In this document: positions 10,782-20,739 of the stretch, in pieces
How positions within the stretch are numbered: the first letter of the stretch is position 1
Layout of the letters: each line of letters starts with the position of its first letter
Assembly: GCA_943788985.1 (NCBI GenBank)
Contig: CALSSJ010000013.1
Location: 21,521-85,520 of the forward strand
Source: an uncultured Lentisphaerales bacterium
GTDB lineage: Bacteria; Verrucomicrobiota; Lentisphaeria; JABSQK01; UBA12247
Length of the DNA: 64,000 nucleotides
Reading direction: 5' to 3'
Translations under genes and position numbers: made by a program
Notes under the pieces: generated by a model
What the model was told of the DNA's origin: nothing
The model's database searches: none
The model's input: the letters and a program-made list of their open reading frames with translations, nothing else

Positions 10782-10947
10782 TGCCGGGCTCTCGCAGATG
10801 TGTAGTTTATCCCCCAAGAAAGTCTCGGGGGGATACCCTGAACCCTGTTCAAGGGACTGCAAGAGTCTTCAACTATGCAAAAACTGCACAAGCCTAACAG
10901 CTCGACTGAGAATAAAGCCCTTTTGGAGATCGCGCGAGACGGCGGCA
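10782..10947 (-). ncRNA. Candidate 6S RNA-like rod-shaped RNA (~166 nt)
   Basis: Closing stem UGCCG..UCUCGC/GCGAGA..CGGCA. Inner helices UUUAUUCUC/GGGGAUAAA and GAGCU/GGUUC pair fully (via G-U) only on the minus strand. Central CCCUUGAAC-AGG-GUUCAGGG resembles the E. coli 6S 3' bubble motif. Confidence 0.4.
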
Positions 10948-11053
10948 TTGTCTGTTCTTGGACAGAAAATAAACCGGACATCATCGTTGCTAATTTTTCT
11001 GCCCACTATTGGCATTGACGGTCTTGCGTCGCGTTATGTATGTTCCCCGGCCC

Positions 11054-11075
11054 CCTACCGGGCATGCCCGGTAGG
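11054..11075. repeat. Perfect 22-bp palindrome CCTACCGGGCATGCCCGGTAGG
   Basis: Directly self-complementary sequence in an intergenic region. Confidence 0.8.
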
Positions 11076-11397
11076 CTTCCCATCGGCAACAAGTCTCATG
11101 GCTGAACAGCCAGACTCCAGCCTTCGGCCAGATTCGTTAGGCGCTTCCAGTCTCGCCACACGGCAGGGGCCCCTGTAGGGCTGTCGCTTTTTCTTGCCAG
11201 GTACCGGCCAAGCTTGGGGCTAGCCATGCGACTGCCGCAGCGATGGTTGGCGGTGTCGTCGACTGCTGGCGATTGCGCGTGACCTTGATGGAAAGCACCT
11301 TCCGCGCTTGCTCGGTAAAGAAGGTTGAGCAGGACATGGATGGCTTGGTGCGAGCGATCAGGGTGACACTCAACAATCGCGTGCCACGATCCTCACG

Positions 11398-11656
11398 GAG
11401 GCTGGTAACGGGTCAACCTGTCGGCAGTACCTCGTCGGTACGCCTCGACGCGAAAGCCTGACTTGTGTACCTTGAAGTACATCTCGATCCCCCCCAAGTT
11501 GCTTCTGCGTTCAACCCGGGGTTGTATCCCAACCTACGGCGTTGCCCCAAGGTAGGGTGATAATGGGGTTGCCTCGCGGCTGTACCTTCGGGCTCAGTTC
11601 GACCGAGTGCATTAAAGGAGCAGCCCCGAGGAGCCTGTCGGACTTCGACCGGCCTC
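11398..11656. ncRNA. Unidentified multi-hairpin structured RNA candidate
   Basis: Terminal stem GAGGCTGGT/ACCGGCCTC encloses at least six short hairpins (GTACC/GGTAC, TGTAC/GTACA, GGTTG/CAACC, CCTAC/GTAGG, GCC/GGC, CTCAG/CCGAG); no credible ORF. Confidence 0.3.
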
Positions 11657-11696
11657 GTTCCATTTTTCCGCGTAGCTAGGCGCCTCGCAGGCACAG

Positions 11697-11725
11697 AAAG
11701 CCCGGAGCGCATACGCACTCCGGGC
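11697..11725 (-). terminator. Rho-independent terminator of the 11747-12259 gene
   Basis: 8-bp stem GCCCGGAG/CTCCGGGC followed by TTT on the minus strand. Confidence 0.7.
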
Positions 11726-11746
11726 TCGGAGAGGAAGGGAAGGGGA

Positions 11747-12259
11747 TCAGTAGATGCTGGGATATTCCTTGATAGTGATCCACTCGCTGGTGACTTCGGA
11801 CCAGACCTGCATGTAGGCCTTGGCCCCCCGGATCCGCGGCTGGAACAACCGCCGCCCATCTTCGAGCGAGACGACTACCGGACCCTCGGAAAGATCTGGG
11901 ACATAACGTGGTGCAGGCCGTGCAGGAGCCACATACGGTGCGGGAGTGATGCAGGGGGCAGGCCGTGCGGGTTGCGAGACGTAAACGGTTTCGTGCTGGA
12001 CCACGGCGGGCTGCCGGCAGTTGTTGCGAAATGGTGACGAACGATGCCGGTACTCGGTGCGGGTCGAGCGGGTTCTGTGGGTGGCGCGGTGTTGATTGCT
12101 GTCCTGGTGCATCTGGCTGAGGACACTCAAGCCAACGACACCAGCAAGTATCTTTCCGGCGGTCGACCATTCGTCGTTTCCGGCATGGGCGTGTTGGGGA
12201 GTGGCGACTGCGGCGAAGAGTACGAGGGCGAGAACGGATGCTGTGAGATTGCGTGTCAT
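11747..12259 (-). CDS. Secreted hypothetical protein (glycine-zipper-like segment, Pro-rich linker)
   Basis: Signal peptide (..QHAHA), GKILAGVVGLSVL segment, RBS GAGG, downstream terminator. Confidence 0.75.
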   Translation of the reverse strand: MTRNLTASVLALVLFAAVATPQHAHAGNDEWSTAGKILAGVVGLSVLSQMHQDSNQHRATHRTRSTRTEYRHRSSPFRNNCRQPAVVQHETVYVSQPARPAPCITPAPYVAPARPAPRYVPDLSEGPVVVSLEDGRRLFQPRIRGAKAYMQVWSEVTSEWITIKEYPSIY

Positions 12260-12459
12260 TTCGAGGCCTCTTGTTGGGTTCTTGAAGGTCGGTTCACAGG
12301 CCTCTGACGCTCCCCAGGACCAAAGTATTCAACGTCTCAGAAGCTTTTTTGAGATTTTTTTAGTGGCTGATTGCCGCGGTTTGCGGAGTTCGCACAATTT
12401 GCGTGCAAGAATACCGTGCAGGGACAGCTACTTAGCAACACCCAACACGGAGACGAGGT

Positions 12460-13770
12460 ATGGATGACTTTCAGCTCCCTCCCCCTGACGATCGGTCGTT
12501 CCTGAACCGGAAACGACAGGGCGACTACTTCTTACTGATTGTCCTGCTGGTCGCGATCTTCGGCGTATTCTGGATCCTACGGCCGTTTCTGAACGCTATC
12601 CTCATCGCTGCGGTCTCGGCCACGGTCTGTGCCCCTGTGTATTTGGCTCTGGAGAAGAAGTTGAAGGGACGCAAGAGTATTGCCGCCGCGCTCACCTGTG
12701 CGATGGCAACCCTGATCATTCTGGGGCCCGTGGGCGGATTCGCCTATACGCTCGTGGACATGGGAGTCGAGCGGTTCGAACAAGTCGGGACCTGGGTGGA
12801 AGAAGGAAATCTGCAGGAGCTGCCCAAGAACGAGAAGGTAAAGAAGTTTCTAGAGTGGAAGCCAGTTCGCTTTCTCGCCGACCGGCTCGACAGGATGGAC
12901 CTGAGCGAGCTGCAACAATCGGTTGAGAAACTGGGGGATGGCGCGGGCACGCTGCCGGGCGATCCAGACGCCAACGCACCGCCTGCCGGGGACCTAGATG
13001 CGAACGCGCCCCCGATGGCGGCGGTCGGCGACCTGTTTCACATTGACAAGCTCCAAGAGATCGCGCTGTGGGCTGTCAGTGCTGTGGTCAACGCGCTGCA
13101 CGAGCAACTGCTGCCCCTGCTGGCGAATGTCGGCTCGCTGCTCTTTAACTTTATCATCATCCTGTTTGTCATGTTCTACTTTCTCCGGGAAGGAGAGAAT
13201 GTGGTGAAGTTCCTGATGCGCGTGAGCCCGCTTCCCGATGCCTACGAGCGACGCTTGTTCGAGCGAGCTCGCACCATTGTGAGCTCAGCAGTTGTCGGCA
13301 CCGGCCTTACCTCGCTGGCGCAGGGCGTGCTGGGAATGATTGCATTCGCCGTAGTCGGGATTCCGTGGTTTTTCTATGGCGTACTGATGATGATGACGTC
13401 GCTGGTGCCGCTGATTGGTACGGCCCTGGTTTGGCTGCCTTGTGTGGTCTATCTGCTGATTATCGGCGCGACGGGGAAGGCAATTGGTCTGGCGATCTGG
13501 TGTGCCGTGGTGGTTGGCAGTGCGGATAACTTTTTACGGCCGTTCTTTATGAAAGGAGATACTGGGCTGTCCTCCGGCTTGCTGTTCTTTGCGATTATCG
13601 GCGGCGTTCAGGTCTTTGGCCTGATGGGCGTGGTTTACGGGCCATTGATCTTTGGTAGCTGCGCGATCTTACTGCACGTGTATCAGCTGGAGATGGACCG
13701 GGAGGAGCAGTTGGCCTCTGCCTGCGAAGTCGCGCCGCAGGTTCTGCCTGAAGGGACGCCCGATCCATGA
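12460..13770 (+). CDS. AI-2E (PerM/YdiK) family transporter
   Basis: Multi-TM protein with FYFLREG, PLIGTALVWLP, DNFLRP and GVVYGPLI motifs. Confidence 0.9.
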   Translation: MDDFQLPPPDDRSFLNRKRQGDYFLLIVLLVAIFGVFWILRPFLNAILIAAVSATVCAPVYLALEKKLKGRKSIAAALTCAMATLIILGPVGGFAYTLVDMGVERFEQVGTWVEEGNLQELPKNEKVKKFLEWKPVRFLADRLDRMDLSELQQSVEKLGDGAGTLPGDPDANAPPAGDLDANAPPMAAVGDLFHIDKLQEIALWAVSAVVNALHEQLLPLLANVGSLLFNFIIILFVMFYFLREGENVVKFLMRVSPLPDAYERRLFERARTIVSSAVVGTGLTSLAQGVLGMIAFAVVGIPWFFYGVLMMMTSLVPLIGTALVWLPCVVYLLIIGATGKAIGLAIWCAVVVGSADNFLRPFFMKGDTGLSSGLLFFAIIGGVQVFGLMGVVYGPLIFGSCAILLHVYQLEMDREEQLASACEVAPQVLPEGTPDP

Positions 13771-15104
13771 GCGAGCCACCCAGGGTCTGGACGGTCAGTG
13801 AGGTAAGCACTGCGCTTCGGCGGCTGATTGAGAGTCGTGTGCCAGCCATGTGGATCGGCGGTGAGGTGGGCAATCTGACCATTCATCGCTCCGGTCACGT
13901 CTACTTCACGATCAAGGACGGGGCCAGTCAGCTCAACGCTGTGTTCTTCGATGGCGCAGCCATCGTTAAGCGACTGGGGATCGCTCAGGGGGCGCAGGTG
14001 GAGGTCTTTGGCAACATGGGCATCTATCCTGCGCGCGGAAGCTACCAGCTCAACGTGCAGACGATGCGGCCCCGGGGAAAGGGGACGCTCCAGGAGCAAT
14101 ATGAGGCTCGCGTCAAAAAGCTGCGCGCAGAAGGACTGTTCGCCGAGGCAAGGAAGAAGAAGCTGCCTTTGCTCCCCAGTTGTATTGGCATTGTGACCAG
14201 CCCTGATGGCGCGGCGCTGCGGGATTTCCTGCAGGTGTTGGAGCGGCGCACCGCGGGCCTGCATGTGCGACTCGCGCCAACGGCGGTGCAAGGGGAGGGA
14301 GCGGCCGATGCGATCGTGCAGGCACTGGCCGATCTGGTGCACCACGGCGACTGTGACGTGATCGTGATCACTCGTGGCGGCGGCAGCACCGAGGATCTCT
14401 GGGAATTCAATAACGAACGCTTGGCGCGGACCATCGCCCGGTGCCCGGTGCCGGTGATCAGCGCAGTCGGACACGAAGTGGACCACACGGTTGCAGATTT
14501 CGTCGCGGATGTTCGAGCGCCGACCCCGTCGGCAGCCGCCGAGTTGGTTTCGCCCGAGCATGCGGAGCTGGCAGCCACTGTGGGCGCTGCTCGTGACCGG
14601 CTGGTGCGAGCCATGGTCTGGGCCGTGCAGGTACGCCGTGGCCGCCTGGACAGCCTGGCCAATCACTTTGTGATGCGGCGTCCGCAGGCGCTGGTGGAGC
14701 TCTATTGCCAACGGCTGGACGAGCTCAGCCTGCGGCTAGCGCAAGGCGCGCGGCAGAGTATGCGCATCAAGCGGCATCAGCTGGAGCAACTGTCGGCCAT
14801 GCTGCAGGCACGGGTGCGCTCGCTGGCAACAGGTCGCGAGCGCGAGAAGATCGTTGCATATGAGCAGCGGCTGGCAATGGCGCTGCAGCGCGCTCCGGAG
14901 CGCGCCACGGAGCGGCTGTCCTCGCTTGTGCAACAGCTTGAGTTACTGAGTCCGCAACGGGTGTTGGACCGCGGCTATGCGATCTTGCAGACGCCGGAAG
15001 GCCAGGCCGTGCGCGCGGCAGACGAAGTAGCCGTGGGAGACAGGCTACGAGCCCGGCTGGCTGATGGGGCGCTTACAGTCGAAGTCCAGCCTGCGACCGA
15101 CTGA
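13767..15104 (+). CDS. xseA: Exodeoxyribonuclease VII large subunit
   Basis: WIGGEVGN, SGHVYFTIKD, TSPDGAALRD, RGGGSTEDL, SAVGHEVD, APTPSAAAE, LSPQRVLDRGY. Confidence 0.97.
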   Translation: MSEPPRVWTVSEVSTALRRLIESRVPAMWIGGEVGNLTIHRSGHVYFTIKDGASQLNAVFFDGAAIVKRLGIAQGAQVEVFGNMGIYPARGSYQLNVQTMRPRGKGTLQEQYEARVKKLRAEGLFAEARKKKLPLLPSCIGIVTSPDGAALRDFLQVLERRTAGLHVRLAPTAVQGEGAADAIVQALADLVHHGDCDVIVITRGGGSTEDLWEFNNERLARTIARCPVPVISAVGHEVDHTVADFVADVRAPTPSAAAELVSPEHAELAATVGAARDRLVRAMVWAVQVRRGRLDSLANHFVMRRPQALVELYCQRLDELSLRLAQGARQSMRIKRHQLEQLSAMLQARVRSLATGREREKIVAYEQRLAMALQRAPERATERLSSLVQQLELLSPQRVLDRGYAILQTPEGQAVRAADEVAVGDRLRARLADGALTVEVQPATD

Positions 15105-15157
15105 CTGCCAGGCCCGAAAGGCGTGTTCGCAGCAGAGGCGAGTTTATTAACGGGCTG

Positions 15158-16165
15158 TTAGGAGGTGAGGCCCGCGTCTTGCAGAGCAGTCCAGAAGTCA
15201 TCCGGAATAGTCTCGGTGACAAAGCGTACGTTTTCCGCTACGCGCTTCGGATTGCTGCTGTTTAGCGCCAGAGCAGCGACGCCTTCGGGCCGGATTCCGA
15301 ATTGGCAACAGGCGTGAGGGGCGGAGACATTGTGGGTCTTGCACAGGGCCAAAAACGCATCGCGCCAGGCGAATTGCTGCGGGTGTGTCTCAGGCGTGAT
15401 TTCACAGTAATCAAAGAAGCGCCCACCGATCAGAAAGCCTGCGTTGAACACGGCGGAGTTTACCACCACGATCCCGTCTGCGTGAAGGGCAGCAATGAGT
15501 TCTTCCACTCCTTTTGGGTGGTCGTAGATCGTGTAGCTGTTTGCGATCATCACCCAATCAAGGTCCACACCGTCCTGGTGGAGGCGACGGATCACGCGCC
15601 AGTCCTTGGAGCCGACGCCCACACCGGTGGCCTGACCAGAATCGCGGAGTTCGCAAAGCGCCCTGTATGCGCCCCGAACGTCTGCGTAGCGGGCGTCTGC
15701 TTCATCGTCAGACTTAGCCGCGGCCAGATACTCGTCTGGGTCATGGACGGACAGCAAGTCGGCGTTGTAGTCTCCGAGAAGGGCATTGCCCTGTTCCCAG
15801 CAGTCGAGGATGCCATCATAGCTAATCGCTGCCTCGGCATCGTGCTTGAGGCCAAACCAGGCCCCCTTCTCAAACGTGGGCTCGGGGGTCGTCAATGGCT
15901 TGCGCTTCCAGCCTAGCTTATTGCTGATCGTGACTGCTTCGGGCGCTATGCCCAACTGGGCAAGCTTCTCGCCGATCATCTCCAAGGCCAGCCCAGCGCC
16001 ATATTTTCCGGCGCTGTCGATCACCGGATTCGGCTGTTCCTTCAGCCAGTTCCGCACGATAGCCAGTTTTGTTTCGTCCGGGACAACTTCAAAGAGGTTG
16101 CCTAGGGCGCTCGAGCCAAAGACGATAGGGGGAAGAGATTGAATAGTGACTCCAGAAATATCCAA
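15158..16165 (-). CDS. Aldo/keto reductase (D-threo-aldose 1-dehydrogenase-like); start uncertain
   Basis: [40 protein letters not shown]; candidate TTG start at 16165. Confidence 0.88.
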   Translation of the reverse strand: MDISGVTIQSLPPIVFGSSALGNLFEVVPDETKLAIVRNWLKEQPNPVIDSAGKYGAGLALEMIGEKLAQLGIAPEAVTISNKLGWKRKPLTTPEPTFEKGAWFGLKHDAEAAISYDGILDCWEQGNALLGDYNADLLSVHDPDEYLAAAKSDDEADARYADVRGAYRALCELRDSGQATGVGVGSKDWRVIRRLHQDGVDLDWVMIANSYTIYDHPKGVEELIAALHADGIVVVNSAVFNAGFLIGGRFFDYCEITPETHPQQFAWRDAFLALCKTHNVSAPHACCQFGIRPEGVAALALNSSNPKRVAENVRFVTETIPDDFWTALQDAGLTS

Positions 16166-16319
16166 AAAAATGGCTGAGTGAGCGAAACGCAAAAGGAACT
16201 GTACATTCTTGCGCTGGATGTGTCGGAAGGCTGCCCCACGCTGGCGCGGTGATTGCGTACCCGGAATTCTCGGTGGCTGCGGTTGCGGCCGATTTAATAA
16301 GACGCATGGAGGCAGACCA

Positions 16320-17996
16320 TTGAAGACATTCACCATCCAGGAAATTCAGGGTCCGGGACTGAAATCGCCGATTGGTGGGCAGACCGTTCGCACCCGAGGC
16401 CTCATCACCGGTTTTAGCCGCCGTGGTTTCTTTATCCAAGATCCCGAGCCCGATGCTAACTCCGCAGCTTCCTGCGGGCTGCTGGTCTTTGGCCACCACA
16501 AACGCGCGGGCCTGGGGCAGCTGGTGCGTGTGACGGGAAAGGTCGTGAACTATGAGCGCGCCACCGGAGACAAGCCTGCCACGCAGATTCTGCTGCGGGA
16601 TCTTGACTTGAGTGAAGAGCAGGTTCCGGAGATTGAGCCGGTCTGGCTGACCGCAGAGTTGCTGACGGATGACGCCGCACTCCTTGCGGAGCGCCTGAAC
16701 GCCTTGGAGGGAATGCTGGTGGGACTACGGGCGGGAGCCACGTTTATCGCCCCCAGTAACCCGTTCGGCGACTATGTGGTTCTGCCGCATGGTGCGGATC
16801 GCACGAGGCAGCATGAATGTGGCGGAATCGTGATTGCGCCGAGCAATCCGCACCGTTGGTTTCCCGGTTTCCGTGTGATCGAGTACCACCAAGCACCGCG
16901 TGTGAACGTGGGGGCACGGCTGCTTGCTGCGGTGACCGGGCCATTAAACTTTCGTAGCAGCTCGTACCAAATCGCGGCAACTGGCCGGATTGAGGTGGAG
17001 CCCAGGATTGTCTCGCGTGCGATGTCCGCATTGGCCCCCACTGAGGACGCGATTACCGTGCTTACGCTCAATGGCTTCAACCTGGACGTACACGTGGAGC
17101 GCCGGGCATATGTGAATGACCCCAAGCGTGATGTCGACGATGATGTGGGGGATGGCCGCTTTCGGGCGCTCGCACAGGCCATTGTCGAGCAGGCGGGCTC
17201 CCCCGACATTGTCGCCCTCCAAGAGATTCAGGATAATGATGGTGCTGAAATCACGGAAACCACGCGTGCCGACCAGACCTATCTGCGGCTGATTGCCGAT
17301 GTCCGCAAAGTTGGTGGGCCGAACTATGCTTGGACGGATCTGCGCCCTGAGCGGGAATCTGATGGCGGGCAGCCAGGTGGAAACATCCGCTGTGGCTTTC
17401 TCTACAATCCGGCTCGCGTCTCATTAGTGGAGGGCTCGGTCCAACGCCTCGGCGTCCACGCGCCAGCGTTCCGCGACTCGCGAAAGCCCCTGGCTGCAAC
17501 ATTTCTGACGCCGGATGGGGGAGCGCTGCTGCTGGTGAATGTGCACTTCGCGTCTAAGCGGCACCAGATAGGCCCATTTTCGCCGGACAAGCCTGGCTTC
17601 GACCCAAAGCTGAAGATGCGCATCGAGCAGTGCGAGCTCATTCGTGAATTCATCTTGCCGCATCATCACGCTGGTGCCGACTACTACATCACTGGCGACT
17701 TCAATGACTTCGAGTTCAGTCAGCCACTCGCGGTGGTGATGGGGGACGAAAGCGTAAATCTCGTCGAGACACTTCCGGAGTTAGACCGCTTTGACTATAA
17801 TCATCGCGGGAAGCTGCATGCGCTGATGCACGGCGTGGTCTCACGGCAGCAGTTGGCGGAGGGCCGTGCCGAGTATGAGATCCTGCATGGCAACGAATTG
17901 ACTGGTGTGTCACCGGGCGCAATGGGCACCAAACCTAGCGACCACGCCTACGTGATCGCCCGTCTTCAGTTGAAGCCGGCGACTTCGAGCCGCTAA
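16320..17996 (+). CDS. Endonuclease/exonuclease/phosphatase family nuclease with N-terminal OB-fold (ExeM/NucH-like)
   Basis: [40 protein letters not shown] motifs; RBS GGAGG before TTG at 16320. Confidence 0.85.
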   Translation: MKTFTIQEIQGPGLKSPIGGQTVRTRGLITGFSRRGFFIQDPEPDANSAASCGLLVFGHHKRAGLGQLVRVTGKVVNYERATGDKPATQILLRDLDLSEEQVPEIEPVWLTAELLTDDAALLAERLNALEGMLVGLRAGATFIAPSNPFGDYVVLPHGADRTRQHECGGIVIAPSNPHRWFPGFRVIEYHQAPRVNVGARLLAAVTGPLNFRSSSYQIAATGRIEVEPRIVSRAMSALAPTEDAITVLTLNGFNLDVHVERRAYVNDPKRDVDDDVGDGRFRALAQAIVEQAGSPDIVALQEIQDNDGAEITETTRADQTYLRLIADVRKVGGPNYAWTDLRPERESDGGQPGGNIRCGFLYNPARVSLVEGSVQRLGVHAPAFRDSRKPLAATFLTPDGGALLLVNVHFASKRHQIGPFSPDKPGFDPKLKMRIEQCELIREFILPHHHAGADYYITGDFNDFEFSQPLAVVMGDESVNLVETLPELDRFDYNHRGKLHALMHGVVSRQQLAEGRAEYEILHGNELTGVSPGAMGTKPSDHAYVIARLQLKPATSSR

Positions 17997-18009
17997 GCCC
18001 CCGGTGAGT

Positions 18010-18549
18010 TCAGTGGGCCTTGTGCATGAAGTAGGTACCAAGAGCGATCGTAAAAATCGCGATAGCCAGGTACAGCAACTCCAACGGGGTGGTGAACTCC
18101 GCTGCCAGAACCAGCTTGAAGAACTTCACAATCAGAACCATGATCACCACCTTGATGATCCGATTTTTGAGTTCGTCCAGATCGCGAATTTCCAGGATGT
18201 TAAGATCGGTGTTGCGTCTGCCCACATCTATCTTGGAAATAAAGAGCTCGTAGATCCCAAAACTGAAGATCAACAGGACCACCCCGATTAGATATAAATC
18301 GATGGCACCGATGAGCTTGCCGAGCAATTCGTTGACCTTGGCGTCATTCAGGGGCCAGTAGCTGAACATCTTGCCCACCTGGCCAAGAATCAGGGAGCTG
18401 CCCACAATAAACATCAAGAGTGCCCCTAGCAAGCTGCACAATACTGCAGGAAACACCACAAAGCGCGTATTCCAGAGCCCGTTCTCGAAGGTTTTCTCGA
18501 GCTGGCTGATTTGTGGTTCGTTGGTACTGCCTTGGTCGATCTGATCCAC
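18010..18549 (-). CDS. YqhA (UPF0114) family membrane protein
   Basis: IDLYLIGVVLLIFSFGIYELFISKID and LDELKNRIIKVVIMVLIV motifs; four TM helices. Confidence 0.88.
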   Translation of the reverse strand: MDQIDQGSTNEPQISQLEKTFENGLWNTRFVVFPAVLCSLLGALLMFIVGSSLILGQVGKMFSYWPLNDAKVNELLGKLIGAIDLYLIGVVLLIFSFGIYELFISKIDVGRRNTDLNILEIRDLDELKNRIIKVVIMVLIVKFFKLVLAAEFTTPLELLYLAIAIFTIALGTYFMHKAH

Positions 18550-18963
18550 TTGTTACCTCATCGTCTGCGGCTAAAAATTCGTAACCTAGCGGCTACCGAG
18601 CGCACGGCGCGCAGGCAATGCGTGATTGTAGACGGTACAAATTCGTCCCAGGACGGTAACCGCTATTTTCTTGCGCGGTCGTCTGCTTGCGCTGGGTGGG
18701 ATCTGGATGGCAGTGTTTGGGGTGGATACAAGTCTGGTCTTGTGGGATGGCGGCGTGAAATGAGGCTGCGATGATGGGAATGGTAGTGTGAGATGATTTG
18801 TGCGGAGGACTGCGCCCCGCATGAGAACGAACTTCTCTAGGGCGTATACCATAACGCCGCTGTGTTCACTAGCACGCGCAGCAACCTTCTCGGGGCTCCT
18901 GCCACTCCAGAGCGAGTTCACCGACAATGTCTGCACTTTCTGGCTAAAAACCACGCTTCATTT

Positions 18964-19121
18964 GGAGCAAAAGAGCCGCAGCCCTACGGGAAGGGGCGGC
19001 GAACGGCCATCTGCGACGTTGCCTGTCGCACACCTCGCTAAGGGTACGCGCCGCTCCACACGCCTGGCATCTAACCATCCGGCGCTCCCGCCAAAATGTA
19101 GCGTCAATTCCGCATGGGCCC
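18964..19121 (+). mobile_element. Truncated copy of the MITE at 34336-34610 (opposite orientation)
   Basis: About 160 bp colinear with the reverse complement of 34336-34500; terminal 30 bp matches the left TIR at 26/30 and ends in GGGCCC. Confidence 0.7.
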
Positions 19122-19524
19122 TTGGTCAACAGCTCGGAACATCAAGAGGCCAAAGCAGAGCCAAAAACCAAAATAGACGCCTGCCTGATTGAGGGAGGCG
19201 ACTCCTCCTTACTACGCGAAGCATGTCCCCGAGCTTGGCAGCTTCGCCGACGGGTTCCAATAGCCAACGCAGACCGCCCGACGGGCAGGGCACGCCCAAC
19301 TGGATCGGGAGCGAAGCGCCAATCTCCAGTTTCCAAGTGAGGGCCGTAGGAAGCGTGCTCCACGCCGTTGGATATTGGACACATCGACTCGATGCAGCTA
19401 CTGTTCCCGGGAAGGGCCTGGCATTTAAACCTAGCTGAGTGACCCTACACCGAAGGATCGAATTATCCCACTATTTGAGCATATCCGGCACCAACCTCCA
19501 CGCACGCTGACGCAGGAAAGACCG

Positions 19525-19965
19525 TTGATGATCGCCTGTTGTCCCTTGCGTAGCCATGTGAATCTATCGACTATTATTCGGACGGCGGGCTGCAGCGGCG
19601 TCCGCGACGTGATCGCTACAGGTGCCGCCAAGCTGGTGAACAAGATCACGCGTGACGGTGCCGAGCATGTGACGCTGACGGTTCGCAACAGCCTACCGCC
19701 GGTGCTAAGGGAACTGAAGCAGCAAGGCTTTACGCTTGTGGGGCTGGAGCAGACGACAAATTCCACCCTGCTTTGCGAATACGCCTTTCCGCGCGAATCT
19801 GTGATCGTTGTGGGCTCCGAGCGCGAAGGTCTGTCAGATGCCTGCCTGGCACTGTTAGACGCTGTAGTCGAAATTCCCGTGTGGGGCATGCCCTATTCGT
19901 ATAACGTGGCCACTGCGACATCGCTGGCGATCTACGAATATTGTCGACAACATCCAGACGGTTGA
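19525..19965 (+). CDS. TrmH/SpoU family RNA methyltransferase (true start probably further upstream)
   Basis: NLSTIIRTA, VVGSEREGL, EIPVWG..SYNVATA SPOUT motifs; frame stays open upstream through FEHIRHQPP. Confidence 0.85.
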   Translation: MMIACCPLRSHVNLSTIIRTAGCSGVRDVIATGAAKLVNKITRDGAEHVTLTVRNSLPPVLRELKQQGFTLVGLEQTTNSTLLCEYAFPRESVIVVGSEREGLSDACLALLDAVVEIPVWGMPYSYNVATATSLAIYEYCRQHPDG

Positions 19966-20739
19966 GTGCGAACCGTCAGCCCGATTGGCCGGGTACACGG
20001 GGAGAGATAACCCGCCGAACACGCGCAATGACGCCGGAACAATGGCTAGAAGATTAGCAGTAGTGTGCTGTTGCTGGGGCGCAACCTTTTCGTGTGTTTG
20101 CCGGGCAATTTTTCATGCACCATTCGGACAGCCCCTAGCCAGTACGCAGGTCGCATATCACCCCTGAAACAATTAGCCCAGCCACAACCTCGCGAAGAGC
20201 GTGACATATGAACAATAGGCGATGGTGTGCGGTTGACCGCTGGTGGGCCGCTGGTTTCCATCCTGTGATCCTGTCAAAAAGCAGCCAATGGCTGACATTC
20301 GATTGTAACTGGTCGGAGGATTGGGGACGTTTTACCAGTGATCGCGGTGGTCACTCTGCGGGAGGTCACCAATCTGATCGTGGCGTTTGGCTCGGTGCTA
20401 GTGGGGAAGCCGCTGATTAGCCGAAGTTTGGGGAGGTGGACGGTCTTCGTAGTTGCTCCGAGATCTCTGCTATTTACCGTGGCGTCGGTAAAAATTTCAC
20501 TGACCGAGGACTGGCCCATTCTGGTTGAATTAGTGGTCGCGGGTTGGGACTGGACTGATGAGCTGGCCAAGTATAGGCAACAAAGGAGCTCGGCTAATCG
20601 AAGGATTGAGCGGGCTTGGAAAACCAGAATCTCTCTTCGCACGGCTGCTTCGGGTTCTCTTTTGCGTTTTTCAGGCTATACTGATAGTCTCATCAGGGGC
20701 GCACCCTGCGCAATCACAAAGACACAGGAAGACAGAGAC

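Noticed and set aside
10868-10895. sigma54 promoter (TTGC at -12)
   Set aside because: The invariant GG at -24 is missing.
11398-11660. tmRNA, RNase P RNA or SRP RNA
   Set aside because: No tRNA-like ends with CCA, no GAGGAAAGUCC/ACAGAACCCGGCUUA, no GGAAGGAAGCAGC; only partial chance resemblance (AAGUCCG..GGCUCC).
11690-11725. Guanidine-I (ykkC) riboswitch suggested by AAAGCCCGGAG
   Set aside because: The upstream conserved elements are absent; better explained as a terminator stem.
20274-20642. 122-aa Ser/Thr-rich minus-strand ORF
   Set aside because: No RBS or recognisable motif; could be a remnant, but cannot be supported.
20338-20739. N-terminal extensions in the ORF track (also 774, 16209, 24280, 31966, 41992, 42615, 43408, 49168, 50911)
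   Set aside because: Downstream starts have RBS, signal peptide or operon-overlap support; the extensions lack family similarity.
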